45,013 bases of DNA, from positions 1-45,013 of IMG/VR virus record IMGVR_UViG_3300037458_000563; one strand, 5' to 3'. Positions 35,261-45,013 of the stretch are shown here, in pieces. The position numbers were made by a program, and so were the translations under genes. Position 1 is the stretch's first letter, and each line of letters starts with the position of its first letter. This DNA is from a virus (Duplodnaviria > Caudoviricetes). The notes beneath the pieces are model-generated. The model was not told the origin of the DNA. It did no database searches and saw nothing but the letters and a program-made list of their open reading frames with translations.

Positions 35261-36018
35261 TCCTGCGGTACCAGAACGCCCATGCCCGGCATCGACTGCC
35301 CGAGCTTGATAGACCGTTCATCGTCGTGCGACAGCCGCCGGGTCTTGTAGTGCCCCAGCCCGGGGACGTGGACGCACCAGATCGAAAACCCCGCCTCTTT
35401 GGCCCGCATCGAGAATGCAATGTCTTCCCCGTTCACGACGTAGCAGAAATCACGCGGCCGGGTGCCCGGCTCGGACTTCGCCAGGTGGATCGAGTGGAAC
35501 CACGACCGGCCGTGCCGGTCGGCAATGCCCTCGAACACGTCGCGGTGAATCAGCACGCAGGCCGTGGCAATGGCGTCCACCTCGACCGGCTCGGTCCCGA
35601 TGGGCACGGCCTCATAGATCCCGGGCGTCCCCGTCCACTTGAATCCACAGGTGGGGTATGCCTCGCCCAGCGGGACGGAGGCCGCCACGATCTTCTTGTC
35701 CGTCCCAGCCACGGCCAGCATCAGCTCGAGGATGTTCTGGGGGAACTCTATGTCAGTATCCACCTGGAAAAGCCAGTTAGCCTCGGGCTTGTCCAGCATG
35801 GCCTCGGCCAAAACCATGCGGTTGTCGCCCACATAGAGGCCGCTGGCGTGCAGCATCCGGGTCAGGTGCCTGTCCTTCTCGGGCTTGCCCTTCTCGTACT
35901 CAACCAGTCGGAGGCACGATGCATGGAAGGGAACCGTCACGGAACCACCGCAGGGGTAGCCCATGACCACCTTCCGATCCTGCCAAGACCCCGTGTTAAC
36001 CCTGGACTCACGCCCCAT
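35257..36018 (-). CDS. Glycosyltransferase (GT-A fold)
   Basis: WLFQVDTDIEF (DxD), ATACVLIHRDVF, GEDIAFSMRAKEAGF, LGH. Confidence 0.8.
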   Translation of the reverse strand: MGRESRVNTGSWQDRKVVMGYPCGGSVTVPFHASCLRLVEYEKGKPEKDRHLTRMLHASGLYVGDNRMVLAEAMLDKPEANWLFQVDTDIEFPQNILELMLAVAGTDKKIVAASVPLGEAYPTCGFKWTGTPGIYEAVPIGTEPVEVDAIATACVLIHRDVFEGIADRHGRSWFHSIHLAKSEPGTRPRDFCYVVNGEDIAFSMRAKEAGFSIWCVHVPGLGHYKTRRLSHDDERSIKLGQSMPGMGVLVPQE

Positions 36019-37682
36019 CAGAGCACCACCAACCCACGCTCCTCGTAGACGGATGGCCCGGCTGGATTGCTAGCCAACTGGGCAACACCTATAGCCATAG
36101 CCAGCGCGACCATCCCGTCCACCTTCTCGCTAGACTTTTCCTTGTCGATCTTGAGGTTGCCGGCCGGGTCCGTGCGAACGCTGACATTGCCGGCCATCCA
36201 CCTCGCTACCGGGTTGCCACCGTGCCGCAGCCGCTTCCCCATCACCAGACGCTCGATCTCACGGCACGGCCCGGTCATGGATGCGAAGCCTTGGCCGAAC
36301 TCGACCACCCGCTCACCCAGTTCGTCTTTGAGGTGGACGACGACCTGTGTAGCATTCCAGCGGTCAAAGCCAACCGCCCGCACGTCATACTTACGGCAGA
36401 GCTCGAGCACCTCCCGCTCCAGGTAGTCATAGTCCGTGACGTTCCCGGGCGTGGCGATGAGGTGCCCAGACTGGACCCATCCCGCATAGTCACCTACCCC
36501 CCTTAGCTGCCGCTCCCGCACGGTGTCCTCTGGCACCCAGAACCGCCACGCAGCCACCCCCCCATCGTCCCGGGGCGACCACAGGGCCAGCGCCGTCATG
36601 TCAGACGTGCTCCCGAGGTCGAGGGCCAGATAGACGGGATGGCCCGTGAACTCGTCCGCTTCGTCAAACCGCTCCCCCGCCGCATCCCACACCGGCATGG
36701 GCAGCCACCGCTCGGACTGCTCAGTCCATTCGCAGAAGTTCAGCCGCCGGACGATGTTCTCCTTCGACGGCATCCCCTTGGCCTCCTCCACCTGCTCCCG
36801 CAGGTAGCGGAGGGGCAGCACCCGCCCCAGCCCCGGGTTGGCCTTGGGCCATACCTTCTCGTCCCGCCAGTCGTCGCCCGGGTCCAGCGAGCAGACATAG
36901 GCGAACCACGCATCATTGGGGATGTGGCCCTCGAGCACCTTTAGCGAATACTCGTGGTGCTTCCAGCATACGGAATTCCTGTCCCATCCCGAATTGGTGA
37001 TCTCGAAGATCAGGGCGTTCTTCCGCTGCTTGGTCCCGGCCCGGATCTTGTCCACGACCATCCCGGTCGGGTGCTCGTGGAGCTCATCGATCAGCCCCAC
37101 ATGCACCCGCTTGCCATCTAGCCCACGGTGCTCGCTGGAGACGGGCCGGAACACGGAGCGGGTGCCCGGAACCGTCAGGGACGCCACCTGGCGCTGTACG
37201 AGGGCAGACAGCTCGGGGCTGGCCTCCACCATGCGCTCGGCATCCTTGAAGACGATAGACGCCTGCTCCCGGGTCACAGCCGCGGAGTAGACCTCGGCCG
37301 CCGGCTCCCCATCGGCCACCAGCGCATAGAGCCCGATGCCGGCCGCCAGGGGCGTCTTGCCGCACCCCTTCCCCGCCTCGACGTAGGCCGACCGGAACCG
37401 CCGGTTCCCCGTGGTGTCATACCAGCCAAACAGCGACCCCACGATGAACTGCTGGTATGGCTCGAGCACGAACGCCGACCCGTTCTCCAGCGTCAGCATG
37501 TCGCGGAAGAATTCGATGGCCCGCATGGCCTTGTCCGGCCGCCAGTCTAGCCCCCGCTTCTTCTGCTCCTTCACGTCCCTCAGGTGACGCTGGCAGGCCA
37601 GCCGCACGGGCCGCCCCGCAGGCTCCCGCCCAGCCACCACAGCCTTGGCATACGCCTCGACAGGATCAGCCTTACGCGCCAC
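36018..37682 (-). CDS. terL: Terminase large subunit
   Basis: Walker A GKGCGKT, Walker B GLIDELHEH, ALDLG and KVDG nuclease motifs. Confidence 0.95.
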   Translation of the reverse strand: MARKADPVEAYAKAVVAGREPAGRPVRLACQRHLRDVKEQKKRGLDWRPDKAMRAIEFFRDMLTLENGSAFVLEPYQQFIVGSLFGWYDTTGNRRFRSAYVEAGKGCGKTPLAAGIGLYALVADGEPAAEVYSAAVTREQASIVFKDAERMVEASPELSALVQRQVASLTVPGTRSVFRPVSSEHRGLDGKRVHVGLIDELHEHPTGMVVDKIRAGTKQRKNALIFEITNSGWDRNSVCWKHHEYSLKVLEGHIPNDAWFAYVCSLDPGDDWRDEKVWPKANPGLGRVLPLRYLREQVEEAKGMPSKENIVRRLNFCEWTEQSERWLPMPVWDAAGERFDEADEFTGHPVYLALDLGSTSDMTALALWSPRDDGGVAAWRFWVPEDTVRERQLRGVGDYAGWVQSGHLIATPGNVTDYDYLEREVLELCRKYDVRAVGFDRWNATQVVVHLKDELGERVVEFGQGFASMTGPCREIERLVMGKRLRHGGNPVARWMAGNVSVRTDPAGNLKIDKEKSSEKVDGMVALAMAIGVAQLASNPAGPSVYEERGLVVL

Positions 37683-38067
37683 TAATGAACCTCTCCAGCT
37701 TGCTCTCCTGCTTCTTGGGCTCCACGCTGATCCTCGCCCGGCTCGAGGGCGTGCCGCCGAACTGGATGTAATAGCTGTGCAGCATTCTAGCCAGCGCAAG
37801 CGACACATCCCCGCGCCGCTTCCGCTTCTCGAAGTCAGCCTGGAGCTCGCACAGGGTGGCAAACGCCGTCTGATCCATCGAGGTCAGCACCCCCTGCTCG
37901 ATGTAGAGCGGGGCCAGCCTGTCCCATACACCCCTCGCCCGCTTGGTCAGGTTAGCCGGCGGCTCACACCCAACGGGCGGCCGAGGCTCACCCTTGGGCA
38001 AGGGCCGCTTGCCAGGGTTGCCCTGCAGCAACTTGAGTGCGGTCGGCTTAGGTGGTCTACCCGGCAT
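37672..38067 (-). CDS. terS: Terminase small subunit (P27-like)
   Basis: GRPPKPTALKLLQGNPGKRPL...FGGTPSSRARI. Confidence 0.9.
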   Translation of the reverse strand: MPGRPPKPTALKLLQGNPGKRPLPKGEPRPPVGCEPPANLTKRARGVWDRLAPLYIEQGVLTSMDQTAFATLCELQADFEKRKRRGDVSLALARMLHSYYIQFGGTPSSRARISVEPKKQESKLERFISGA

Positions 38068-38156
38068 AATTTGCGCTCTCCCGGTAAGGATTTCGCGGCC
38101 ATGTGCGCGCAGGAGCATGATCGGTCATTTGGTCAACGGCTTCCGGGTATACCGGG

Positions 38157-38495
38157 TCAAGCATGGGCATCCACTGCGCTAGTCTTGTGTGAACTGCAAG
38201 CCACACATAGCCGTTGCAGGTTACTCCTGTCGTCGGTGCCACCCTTGGCCTTGGGGATGATGTGGTCACAGACCCACATGGGCGAGGTGCTGCCGCAAAG
38301 TCTGCACGCAAATTCTTCGCTCGCTACCATCTGCCTGATCTTACGCCAGTTGTGCCCATAGCCACGCTCTGTGGTGGTGCGCCCTGCCTGATGCTTGACC
38401 CAGCCCCTAGGGGACTGGTGCTCTGGGCAGTAGCCAGCCCGCACCCTATTGGGGCAGCCGGGCTTGCCACACAGCTTGAGGGGAGCACTAGGCAC
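38157..38495 (-). CDS. Packaging-associated HNH endonuclease (HK97 gp74-like)
   Basis: RGYGHNW, CRLC, DHIIPKAKGGTDDRSNLQRLCVACSSHKT; immediately upstream of terS. Confidence 0.85.
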   Translation of the reverse strand: MPSAPLKLCGKPGCPNRVRAGYCPEHQSPRGWVKHQAGRTTTERGYGHNWRKIRQMVASEEFACRLCGSTSPMWVCDHIIPKAKGGTDDRSNLQRLCVACSSHKTSAVDAHA

Positions 38496-38793
38496 GGACG
38501 CGCACCCGCACGATTCGCTGCCACTTGTCGCCCTGTGTGCTCGTGGCCTGGAACCTGATCAGGTAGTCCTTTCCATCGCTGCCGGCCTGGACTTGGGCTC
38601 TGATGGCGTTGCTTACGATCTCGGCGTTCTCGATTAGGGTGGACGTGACATCCGTGCCAGCCACCTCCTCGTAAGCCTTGACCTGCTGGGCAGCCAGGGT
38701 GTCCCCTGTCTCGAGGTCATTGCTGAAGTCCCACGAGATACGGAACTCCTCATCCGGCCGCTTGAATCTGGTTAGCGAGATATCTGCCAGCAC
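38488..38793 (-). CDS. Small virion/fibre adaptor-like protein
   Basis: KRPDEE..ISWDFS..L..GDTL...AG.DG.DY beta-rich pattern. Confidence 0.6.
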   Translation of the reverse strand: MLADISLTRFKRPDEEFRISWDFSNDLETGDTLAAQQVKAYEEVAGTDVTSTLIENAEIVSNAIRAQVQAGSDGKDYLIRFQATSTQGDKWQRIVRVRVRA

Positions 38794-38796
38794 TGG

Positions 38797-41700
38797 CTAG
38801 CCTCCTGACCTGTAGGAATGCACCCGCCGGGTAACAAAGCTGCGAGCCCACGCCTGCGTAAAGAATGTGCGATGCCACCGCTTGGTGCTGAAGACGTACA
38901 GGGGCGACTCGGGCCTATTGGGGACCGACCCCAGCGCGGCGGCCTGCGTTGTAGCCGGAACGGCCGCCACGACCGGGGCGAGTAGCACGCCAGGTGCTGG
39001 GGCAACTGCACCGCATACGGCGGATGGTGCAGCGAACTCGCTGCCCGCCACTATCTGGGGCGCAGCAGACGACGCAGACGCCTGTGCCGCCGGGGCCGAC
39101 GTGTTCCTGTCCCCAGCCAATCCGGGGGCTTGGGCCAAGGCCGAGCTCTCTGCGGGGGGGGGCGATACGACAAAGCCCCAGATGACCGCAGGGGACTGGC
39201 TCGAGCATCCGGCCGCTGCCGATACGGCCGCAACCACACCGTTGATACCGACCGTTGGCTGTGGGGCCGCGCTCGATGCTGTTGCTGTGACCGCATCGAC
39301 GTTTTCATCGCTGCCGACCGAGACGTAGTAGCCGGGTGGCGGCACGGACGCCAGGGCTATGGCCGGCGGGGCCTCTATGCCACCAAAGATCTGCGGCGGG
39401 GCCACATCGGCCGACGCGGACGCCGGGCTGGGCTGATGCGCCAGGTCCGGCCGGGCCGCGATAGCATCCGCACTGGCCGTGGCGGCCGCGCCAGTGACAA
39501 CTGCCGAGCCCGACACGCTAGGGGCTACACCCCTACCCTCTGCCGTCGCCGCCAGAGAAACAACCTCGCTCGAGCCCGCCCCGATGACCAGATGGGGCCA
39601 AGAGTCGGAGATGGCCCCGGCTGGGGGTGCCTGTACGGATACGCCAGAAGCTACTGCCGCGGCTGGAGACGTGCCCGCACAGGACGCTGGAATCGCAGCA
39701 ACGAAGGACGATGCAGAGAGTGATGGAGTACGAGCAACAGCCGCAGCGGTCGCCGGGACGGCATTGACCGATGCCGGACTACCAGATGCGCTGACTGCCG
39801 GGCTGCGCCCTGCCGCGGTAGAGGCCGCCGCGCCATCCACACCCAGGTCGCCCGAGATCGTCCCCCCACCGCTGACTGCTACGGCAGCGGTGGCAGTCGC
39901 CGGGACGGCAGATTGCGAGACGCTTTGAATAGTAGCCGGCGCGGATGCTGCCGCGCCAGCGCTAGCGTCCTGCGCCCCCACCGTCGCCGTGACGCTAGGT
40001 GAGGACACGCTGACGGCTGCGGTTGCCTCGGCGGGGACGGCCTGCACACCAGACACGCCCGCGCCGGATACTGCCGGAGCGGGGGCGGCTGCCGTCGCCG
40101 CGACCGTCACTGCGGAGACGGTCGCGGGGGAGGACACTGCTGGGGCCGGAACGGCGGACGCTGCGCTCGCCGCCTGAGCCCCGATCGTTGCGGTGATAGT
40201 CGGGGCAGCGACTCCCACGCTGGCGGTAGCCGCCGCCGGGACGGCTGTGACGATGGCAGCCCCGGATGCGCTCACCACCGGGATGGGGGCGTCCGCAGCC
40301 GATGCCGCCGGGGAGCCGGTGACGGACGCAGTACCCGACAGCGCAGGTGCCTGGGAGCCGGCGCTCGCAGCCGCCGCTTGGGCGGCTACCTCTCCGGTCC
40401 CAGTACCGGACGCCTGCGGGGCGGGGGCGGAGGATGCCGCGGTTGCAACCACCCCGGCGACAGAGCCGTTACCGGTCCCGCCCACTGCGGGCGGCACAGC
40501 CCCCGCCGATGCGACCACTGCGGCTCCAGCCACCGTCGCCCCGGCGCTGACGGCGGGCTTTGCGCCCTGACGGCACGGCCCGAGCGTGGCGCTCTGGACG
40601 TTCACCCACGCGCAGGGGATCAGCGGGAAGGTCGGGGCGACCAGCGAGCGCCGGACCCCGGTCCCGTTCTTGTAGAACCAGATCGAGCGCGGGCCGGCTG
40701 GGTCGTGGTCGACGTACTCCAGCCGGAAGGTGTCCCCGACGATGTACGAGCCGAGCGAGGCGATGAAAACGCCGTTTTCGTAGTGGCGGGCGATCCCGTC
40801 CTGCCCGAGCAGGACGTAGTAGTCGATGTTCTGGAAGTCGTCCGCAGGGTCGTCGTAACTCAGGCCGAAGGCGGCGAGCTGCGTGTTGGAGGTGGCCGTC
40901 GCCTCGACCCAGCAGTTGCCCGAACGGGCGGGGCCGGTCACCGTGCCCGAGAGGCCATTCGTGGCCGTGCGGGTGACCGTGCCATCGGATGCGGTGCTGA
41001 ACGAAGCGTGAGCCCCCCACGCTACCGGGATGTCGTCCGAGGCCCGGGCGTCGGCTGTGGCTGGCTGCGCGGACACCACGGCCCCACTCGCCACGCTGGA
41101 CACGGGAGCCGACCCAGACGCCGATGCCGTCGTCGCGGCGACACCCGACCCGGCTGACGATGCTGGCGCGGGTGCGCCGCCAGATGCCTCGGCGGGGACA
41201 GCGTCAACGTTCTGGACGGCAGCGACAACTGGTGCCTGGGCCGAGGCTGATGCAGCCCCCGCAGGAGCATAGGCCGTCGCCGTCAGTGTGGGCGCATCGG
41301 CGGGTACGCTGGCGCTCGCCGTGGCGACGACGGACTCGACCGTCGCATTGCCTCCGGTGCCGCCGGTCGCCCCTGGTGCCGGTGCCGCCGGGGCCGCCGT
41401 TGCGGCGACAGCGAACGCCGTGGCCGTGATGGTCGCACTTACGACGGATGCGACTGCCGAAGCCGCACCAGCGACAGCCTGTATGATCGCGCTGACACTG
41501 GTAGCCGGGGCCGGGGCTGCTGCGCTGGCCGTGGCGGTGACCGCGTTGACGGTTGGGCTTCCCGCAGGGCCACGCACAACGAATGCGACAACGCTGCCGG
41601 TTTCGTTGCTGACCAGCGTGTGCGAGGCCGACGCAATGGACTCGGAGTTTGTGACCTCGGCATCGCGGGTGAGCAGCGACCCGCCCATCGCCCCCCGGTC

Positions 41701-42219
41701 CTCACTGGCAGGCATCGACCACCCGCTCGCGGGGGTGGACACCTGCACAACATCCATGCCGATCCACGCGACCAGCCTGCCGCCCCCGTCCGACGACCCG
41801 GCGGTGAAGGACGGGGTATCGATGGTGGACCCCGCCACCGTGTCGTTGTTCGTCGCGCTCGCCCCGATGGGCGTCGTCGCATCGAACTCCCCGGCGGGCA
41901 CCTTGAACGCGCACGCGGTCCACTGCTCAGATGCGGACGGCGTGACGGTGATCGTGCCCGAGGTCGCCGAGCCGCTGGCCTTCCACCAGAACACGCTCAC
42001 GACCTGCGCCGTGCCCCCGAAGCTGCCGCTGATCGTGTTGATCGTCTCGCTATTCGGCCCGCTCGACGGCAGCGTGTGCGTGACGTTCGCGTCAGAGCAC
42101 AGGCAGACGACGATCAGGTCGCCATCAGCCTGCGCGGGCCGCGAGATGTCCCACGAGGTTGTGGCGGTGTTGTTCCCGCTCTCGGTGCAGTCGGCGGCCT
42201 CGATGAGCGGAGCGGCCAT
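38797..42219 (-). CDS. Long Ala/Ser/Thr/Val-repeat fibre-like protein with globular N-terminal and internal domains
   Basis: 1140 aa with repeated ~20-25-aa units (V.AV.A.A.A.APAP.VS) and an internal beta-domain. Confidence 0.75.
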   Translation of the reverse strand: MAAPLIEAADCTESGNNTATTSWDISRPAQADGDLIVVCLCSDANVTHTLPSSGPNSETINTISGSFGGTAQVVSVFWWKASGSATSGTITVTPSASEQWTACAFKVPAGEFDATTPIGASATNNDTVAGSTIDTPSFTAGSSDGGGRLVAWIGMDVVQVSTPASGWSMPASEDRGAMGGSLLTRDAEVTNSESIASASHTLVSNETGSVVAFVVRGPAGSPTVNAVTATASAAAPAPATSVSAIIQAVAGAASAVASVVSATITATAFAVAATAAPAAPAPGATGGTGGNATVESVVATASASVPADAPTLTATAYAPAGAASASAQAPVVAAVQNVDAVPAEASGGAPAPASSAGSGVAATTASASGSAPVSSVASGAVVSAQPATADARASDDIPVAWGAHASFSTASDGTVTRTATNGLSGTVTGPARSGNCWVEATATSNTQLAAFGLSYDDPADDFQNIDYYVLLGQDGIARHYENGVFIASLGSYIVGDTFRLEYVDHDPAGPRSIWFYKNGTGVRRSLVAPTFPLIPCAWVNVQSATLGPCRQGAKPAVSAGATVAGAAVVASAGAVPPAVGGTGNGSVAGVVATAASSAPAPQASGTGTGEVAAQAAAASAGSQAPALSGTASVTGSPAASAADAPIPVVSASGAAIVTAVPAAATASVGVAAPTITATIGAQAASAASAVPAPAVSSPATVSAVTVAATAAAPAPAVSGAGVSGVQAVPAEATAAVSVSSPSVTATVGAQDASAGAAASAPATIQSVSQSAVPATATAAVAVSGGGTISGDLGVDGAAASTAAGRSPAVSASGSPASVNAVPATAAAVARTPSLSASSFVAAIPASCAGTSPAAAVASGVSVQAPPAGAISDSWPHLVIGAGSSEVVSLAATAEGRGVAPSVSGSAVVTGAAATASADAIAARPDLAHQPSPASASADVAPPQIFGGIEAPPAIALASVPPPGYYVSVGSDENVDAVTATASSAAPQPTVGINGVVAAVSAAAGCSSQSPAVIWGFVVSPPPAESSALAQAPGLAGDRNTSAPAAQASASSAAPQIVAGSEFAAPSAVCGAVAPAPGVLLAPVVAAVPATTQAAALGSVPNRPESPLYVFSTKRWHRTFFTQAWARSFVTRRVHSYRSGG

Positions 42220-42222
42220 GTG

Positions 42223-42888
42223 CTACAGCTCGACGGTGGAGTAGATCGAGCCGGGTTCCCCCGCCCCAGCAGCGGGAGCCCATGTCACGGCGAAGAGCCG
42301 TGTCATGGTGCCGCTGTGGCTGCCGGATGGATTCCAAGACCCGGCCGTGCTGTGATGCGCCGAGAAACAGCCCGCACCATTCCCGGTGGCCTCATGGTCA
42401 TAAGAATCGGCAGTCGCACCTGTCCATGTAATCGCGATGTCGGCTTCGCAGTAGCCGACGACCATTCCGACACCATCAGCCGGGATAGTAATTGCTGACG
42501 AGAGTGTGCTGGTCGTCGTCCAGCCGTCCGCTTTCGACCCGTTGGCTGTCGGCGCGGACTCGGCCCCGACAAGTCTCCACACCGCAATGCCGACGAGATC
42601 GACCGAATAAGGCCAGTCTAGAACGATGTTTGCGGTGGTCCCAGTCGGGACGGCCGCGTAGGCAATAGCGCACCCGGTCGTCGAGCCGCCGACAATCGTC
42701 GCCGACACGCCACCGATGGTCACCGAAGATAGGTCACGCGAGGTGTAATACGCCCACACTATCCCAACCACCACGATTCGATCTGATGCCGCCGCCCCGA
42801 TGTCCACGGCCGAGAAAGTGTAGGGGTCGTTGGTGAAATTGTCATTCACCACGGCTGGAGCTGCGGTATGCGTCAACGTGAGAGCCAT
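42223..42888 (-). CDS. Beta-rich virion accessory protein
   Basis: YTFSAVDIGAAASDRIVVV...SSVTIGGVSAT...AVPTGTTANIV. Confidence 0.65.
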   Translation of the reverse strand: MALTLTHTAAPAVVNDNFTNDPYTFSAVDIGAAASDRIVVVGIVWAYYTSRDLSSVTIGGVSATIVGGSTTGCAIAYAAVPTGTTANIVLDWPYSVDLVGIAVWRLVGAESAPTANGSKADGWTTTSTLSSAITIPADGVGMVVGYCEADIAITWTGATADSYDHEATGNGAGCFSAHHSTAGSWNPSGSHSGTMTRLFAVTWAPAAGAGEPGSIYSTVEL

Positions 42889-42900
42889 GCGGCCATCTCC

Positions 42901-45013
42901 TTAAACATCGTAGTAGGCGAACCCGCTGCCCTTGAATCCGACGTAGGTCCGGCCCTCCACGTTCTCATCTCCAGAGACGCACACGGGCCAGTCGAGCGAG
43001 CCCAGCGGGTAGGGGCCGATGCTTGTCCATGTCGTGCAGTTGTCGTCGCTGCGATATATGCCGTATGTCCCACTGAGCCACCCGATGACGTGAATGCTCG
43101 GGTACGAGCCACCCGATGGGGTTTTCCCGAAGCCCACGTCATAGACTTCCAGCAGGTTCGACACCGCAGACCACGACTCGCCGCCATCCGTCGAACGCAT
43201 GAGGTATGCGCCCGATGCAGGGTTGGTTCCACCGACCTGGCTGGGCGTCCAGAACAGATGCCCGGCCTTGCCGGGTACGGCCTTCAGCTTCCCGTTCCAG
43301 TAGTCCATCGAGTAGGTGGTGAGCCGCGAGGAGTAGACCCGCGTCCACGTCGCCCCGCCGTCCGTGCTCCTGAACACGGATGGGCTCGTCTCGCCATTGT
43401 GGTAGGCGTAGAAGGTGCCCGCTGTGACCCGGTCGGCGCAGACGACGTGCCGGTCGAGGTAAAGCTGGGCATCGAAGCCACCCCACCCCTGCGACGATGT
43501 GTCATCCACGAACGGGCTGGGAAACGAAAGCTTGGTCCACGACGTTCCCCCGTTCGTGGTGTAGTAGCCCGCCGCCGTAGCGTTCGACATCCACACCCAG
43601 TTTGTCGTCGTGCTGACGGCAATGTGACCCTTCCCCGCAGTCCCCCACGGTGGGACTGCGGGGAACTTCGTCCACGTCGCCCCGCCATCGGTCGAATAGC
43701 TGGACTCCTCGTCGCCAAACCATCCAGCGTCTGCGACGACAAATGCCGTGTTGTCTACTGCGTGCTCGACACTCCATCCCTTTATGATCGAGTGGTCACG
43801 ATTTGTGCCGTGTGTCGATGGGAAGGTGTCCGGGTCCGTGATGCGGAAAATGGGCCTGTCCCATGCTGCCGCGAAGAGCGATCCGCCCGGCACGCTCCAC
43901 AGCCAACTGGCGACTAGCTGCTCGATGCCCCTACTCTGCGACGTCCACGCGGTTGGCTCGGCATCGACGTTGTCGGTGTACCAAACCCCAATCCCCTGCG
44001 CCAGCCATACCCGACCAGACGTGACGGGGTCGGGCACGATGATCGACGTGGACATGTAGCTCTCATTCGTCCACGCCAGCCACGGCACATCCGTTGCCGT
44101 GCGGCTCGGGAACCACCCCTTAAAGCTCCACGTTGATCCGCTATTGGTAGACACGGCGAGCGAGCCTGCGTCAACCGCCGCCACCACCTTCGTATTGTCC
44201 GAAGGCATCGCGAGGACGGACACGGTCCGATCCTGGAAGCTGCTGGTATCCAGCGTCGTCCACGATGAGCCATCGTACTTGGCGAGCGTCGTCCCGCTGA
44301 CGCAGTAGTAGACGCCCGAGGTGTTCCCGCAGTATCCCGCCGAGCATGATGTCAGAGTTGAGGAGATGCGAGTCCAAGTCTCCCCGGCATCCGCGCTGCG
44401 CCACACACCATTGCCGTAGCTGCCTGCATAGATCACGTTGGTCCGGCCGCTGGTCGTGCCGCTCGTCCGGTCGAACGCGATTCCGCAGTGACCGGCCGTC
44501 GCCCCCGCTGTTACTCCCGACACGCTTGACCATGTGGTCCCGCCGTCCAGCGTGCGGAACATGCCGTTCGACACCGTCCCCGCATACACCACGTCGGGGT
44601 CGTTGGGGTCTACAGCCATTTTGCCCGTATACGTCCGGTAGGAGTCATTCGCGTCGAGGTCTGACCTGTAGGTAAACGCCGTGCGGGTGAAGGAGTCGCC
44701 GCCGTTCGTGCTCTTGTAGAGGTACCCACCCCATACCATGTAGATCCGTGTCGAGTCGCTTGGCGCAATAGCAATCGAATACGCCCCGGTTGCGTTGTCT
44801 CCCGGCGCACCATAGTGCGCTGGGTCAAGCTTCGTGGCCGTAACTAGCTGCTCCCACTCGGTCCCGCCCCAGACGTAGGCCCCATACGTGTCCGTGCGGA
44901 TCACCTTGGTCCCGTCGTCGGCGATCGACATGCCGGTGATGAAACCTCCGGCCCCGATCCTGAGCGGCTTCCAGCCGGGCGCACCAGCGGGAGCCCCGAG
45001 CCCGACAATGACG
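42901..45013 (-). CDS. GH74-like BNR-repeat beta-propeller protein, copy 2 (5' end runs off the window)
   Basis: The frame stays open upstream of the ORF-track start at 44931 (..VIVGLGAPAGAPGWKPLRIGAGGFITGMS). IRTDTYG and AAWDRP occupy the two GH74 catalytic-Asp-like positions. Confidence 0.85.
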   Translation of the reverse strand, partial: VIVGLGAPAGAPGWKPLRIGAGGFITGMSIADDGTKVIRTDTYGAYVWGGTEWEQLVTATKLDPAHYGAPGDNATGAYSIAIAPSDSTRIYMVWGGYLYKSTNGGDSFTRTAFTYRSDLDANDSYRTYTGKMAVDPNDPDVVYAGTVSNGMFRTLDGGTTWSSVSGVTAGATAGHCGIAFDRTSGTTSGRTNVIYAGSYGNGVWRSADAGETWTRISSTLTSCSAGYCGNTSGVYYCVSGTTLAKYDGSSWTTLDTSSFQDRTVSVLAMPSDNTKVVAAVDAGSLAVSTNSGSTWSFKGWFPSRTATDVPWLAWTNESYMSTSIIVPDPVTSGRVWLAQGIGVWYTDNVDAEPTAWTSQSRGIEQLVASWLWSVPGGSLFAAAWDRPIFRITDPDTFPSTHGTNRDHSIIKGWSVEHAVDNTAFVVADAGWFGDEESSYSTDGGATWTKFPAVPPWGTAGKGHIAVSTTTNWVWMSNATAAGYYTTNGGTSWTKLSFPSPFVDDTSSQGWGGFDAQLYLDRHVVCADRVTAGTFYAYHNGETSPSVFRSTDGGATWTRVYSSRLTTYSMDYWNGKLKAVPGKAGHLFWTPSQVGGTNPASGAYLMRSTDGGESWSAVSNLLEVYDVGFGKTPSGGSYPSIHVIGWLSGTYGIYRSDDNCTTWTSIGPYPLGSLDWPVCVSGDENVEGRTYVGFKGSGFAYYDV
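42919..45013. repeat. Imperfect terminal direct repeat, right copy
   Basis: Collinear with 1..2101. Confidence 0.95.

Noticed and set aside
38068-38156. cos site between HNH and terS
   Set aside because: The position fits HK97-like phages, but no specific cohesive-end sequence could be identified.
2651-43917. Many long plus-strand ORFs (e.g. 3100..4344, 25754..26758, 29199..30293, 42868..43917)
   Set aside because: These are antisense shadows of real minus-strand genes in high-GC DNA, with no recognisable motifs.

Overview
This is an essentially complete, GC-rich HK97-type siphophage genome with a unit length of about 42.9 kb. Almost all genes are on the minus strand. The window ends are an imperfect ~2.1 kb direct repeat (1..2101 vs 42919..45013) carrying two diverged copies of a GH74-like beta-propeller gene. 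Reading right to left, the modules are: accessory fibre genes, HNH, terS, terL, glycosyltransferase, portal, protease, methyltransferase, an inserted cassette, major capsid, connectors, tail (with a G/GT frameshift), a divergent pair of ribbon-helix-helix regulators, small early and recombination genes, two DNA methyltransferases (one a large multi-domain fusion), NinG, GH108 endolysin, a glycosidase-like lipoprotein and holin-like genes. No integrase, DNA polymerase, tRNA or CRISPR array was recognised. The standout feature is the cassette at 30348..32584. It holds three split arrays with a strict 36-nt period (two alternating repeats and two short spacers; 11 units, 22 spacers), interleaved with a wHTH gene, an unknown 189-aa gene and a nuclease-less IS110/Nop-like gene. 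This looks like a TIGR-Tas (TasA-type) RNA-guided system with its own sigma70 promoter. All calls are by-eye motif recognition; no database searches were run.
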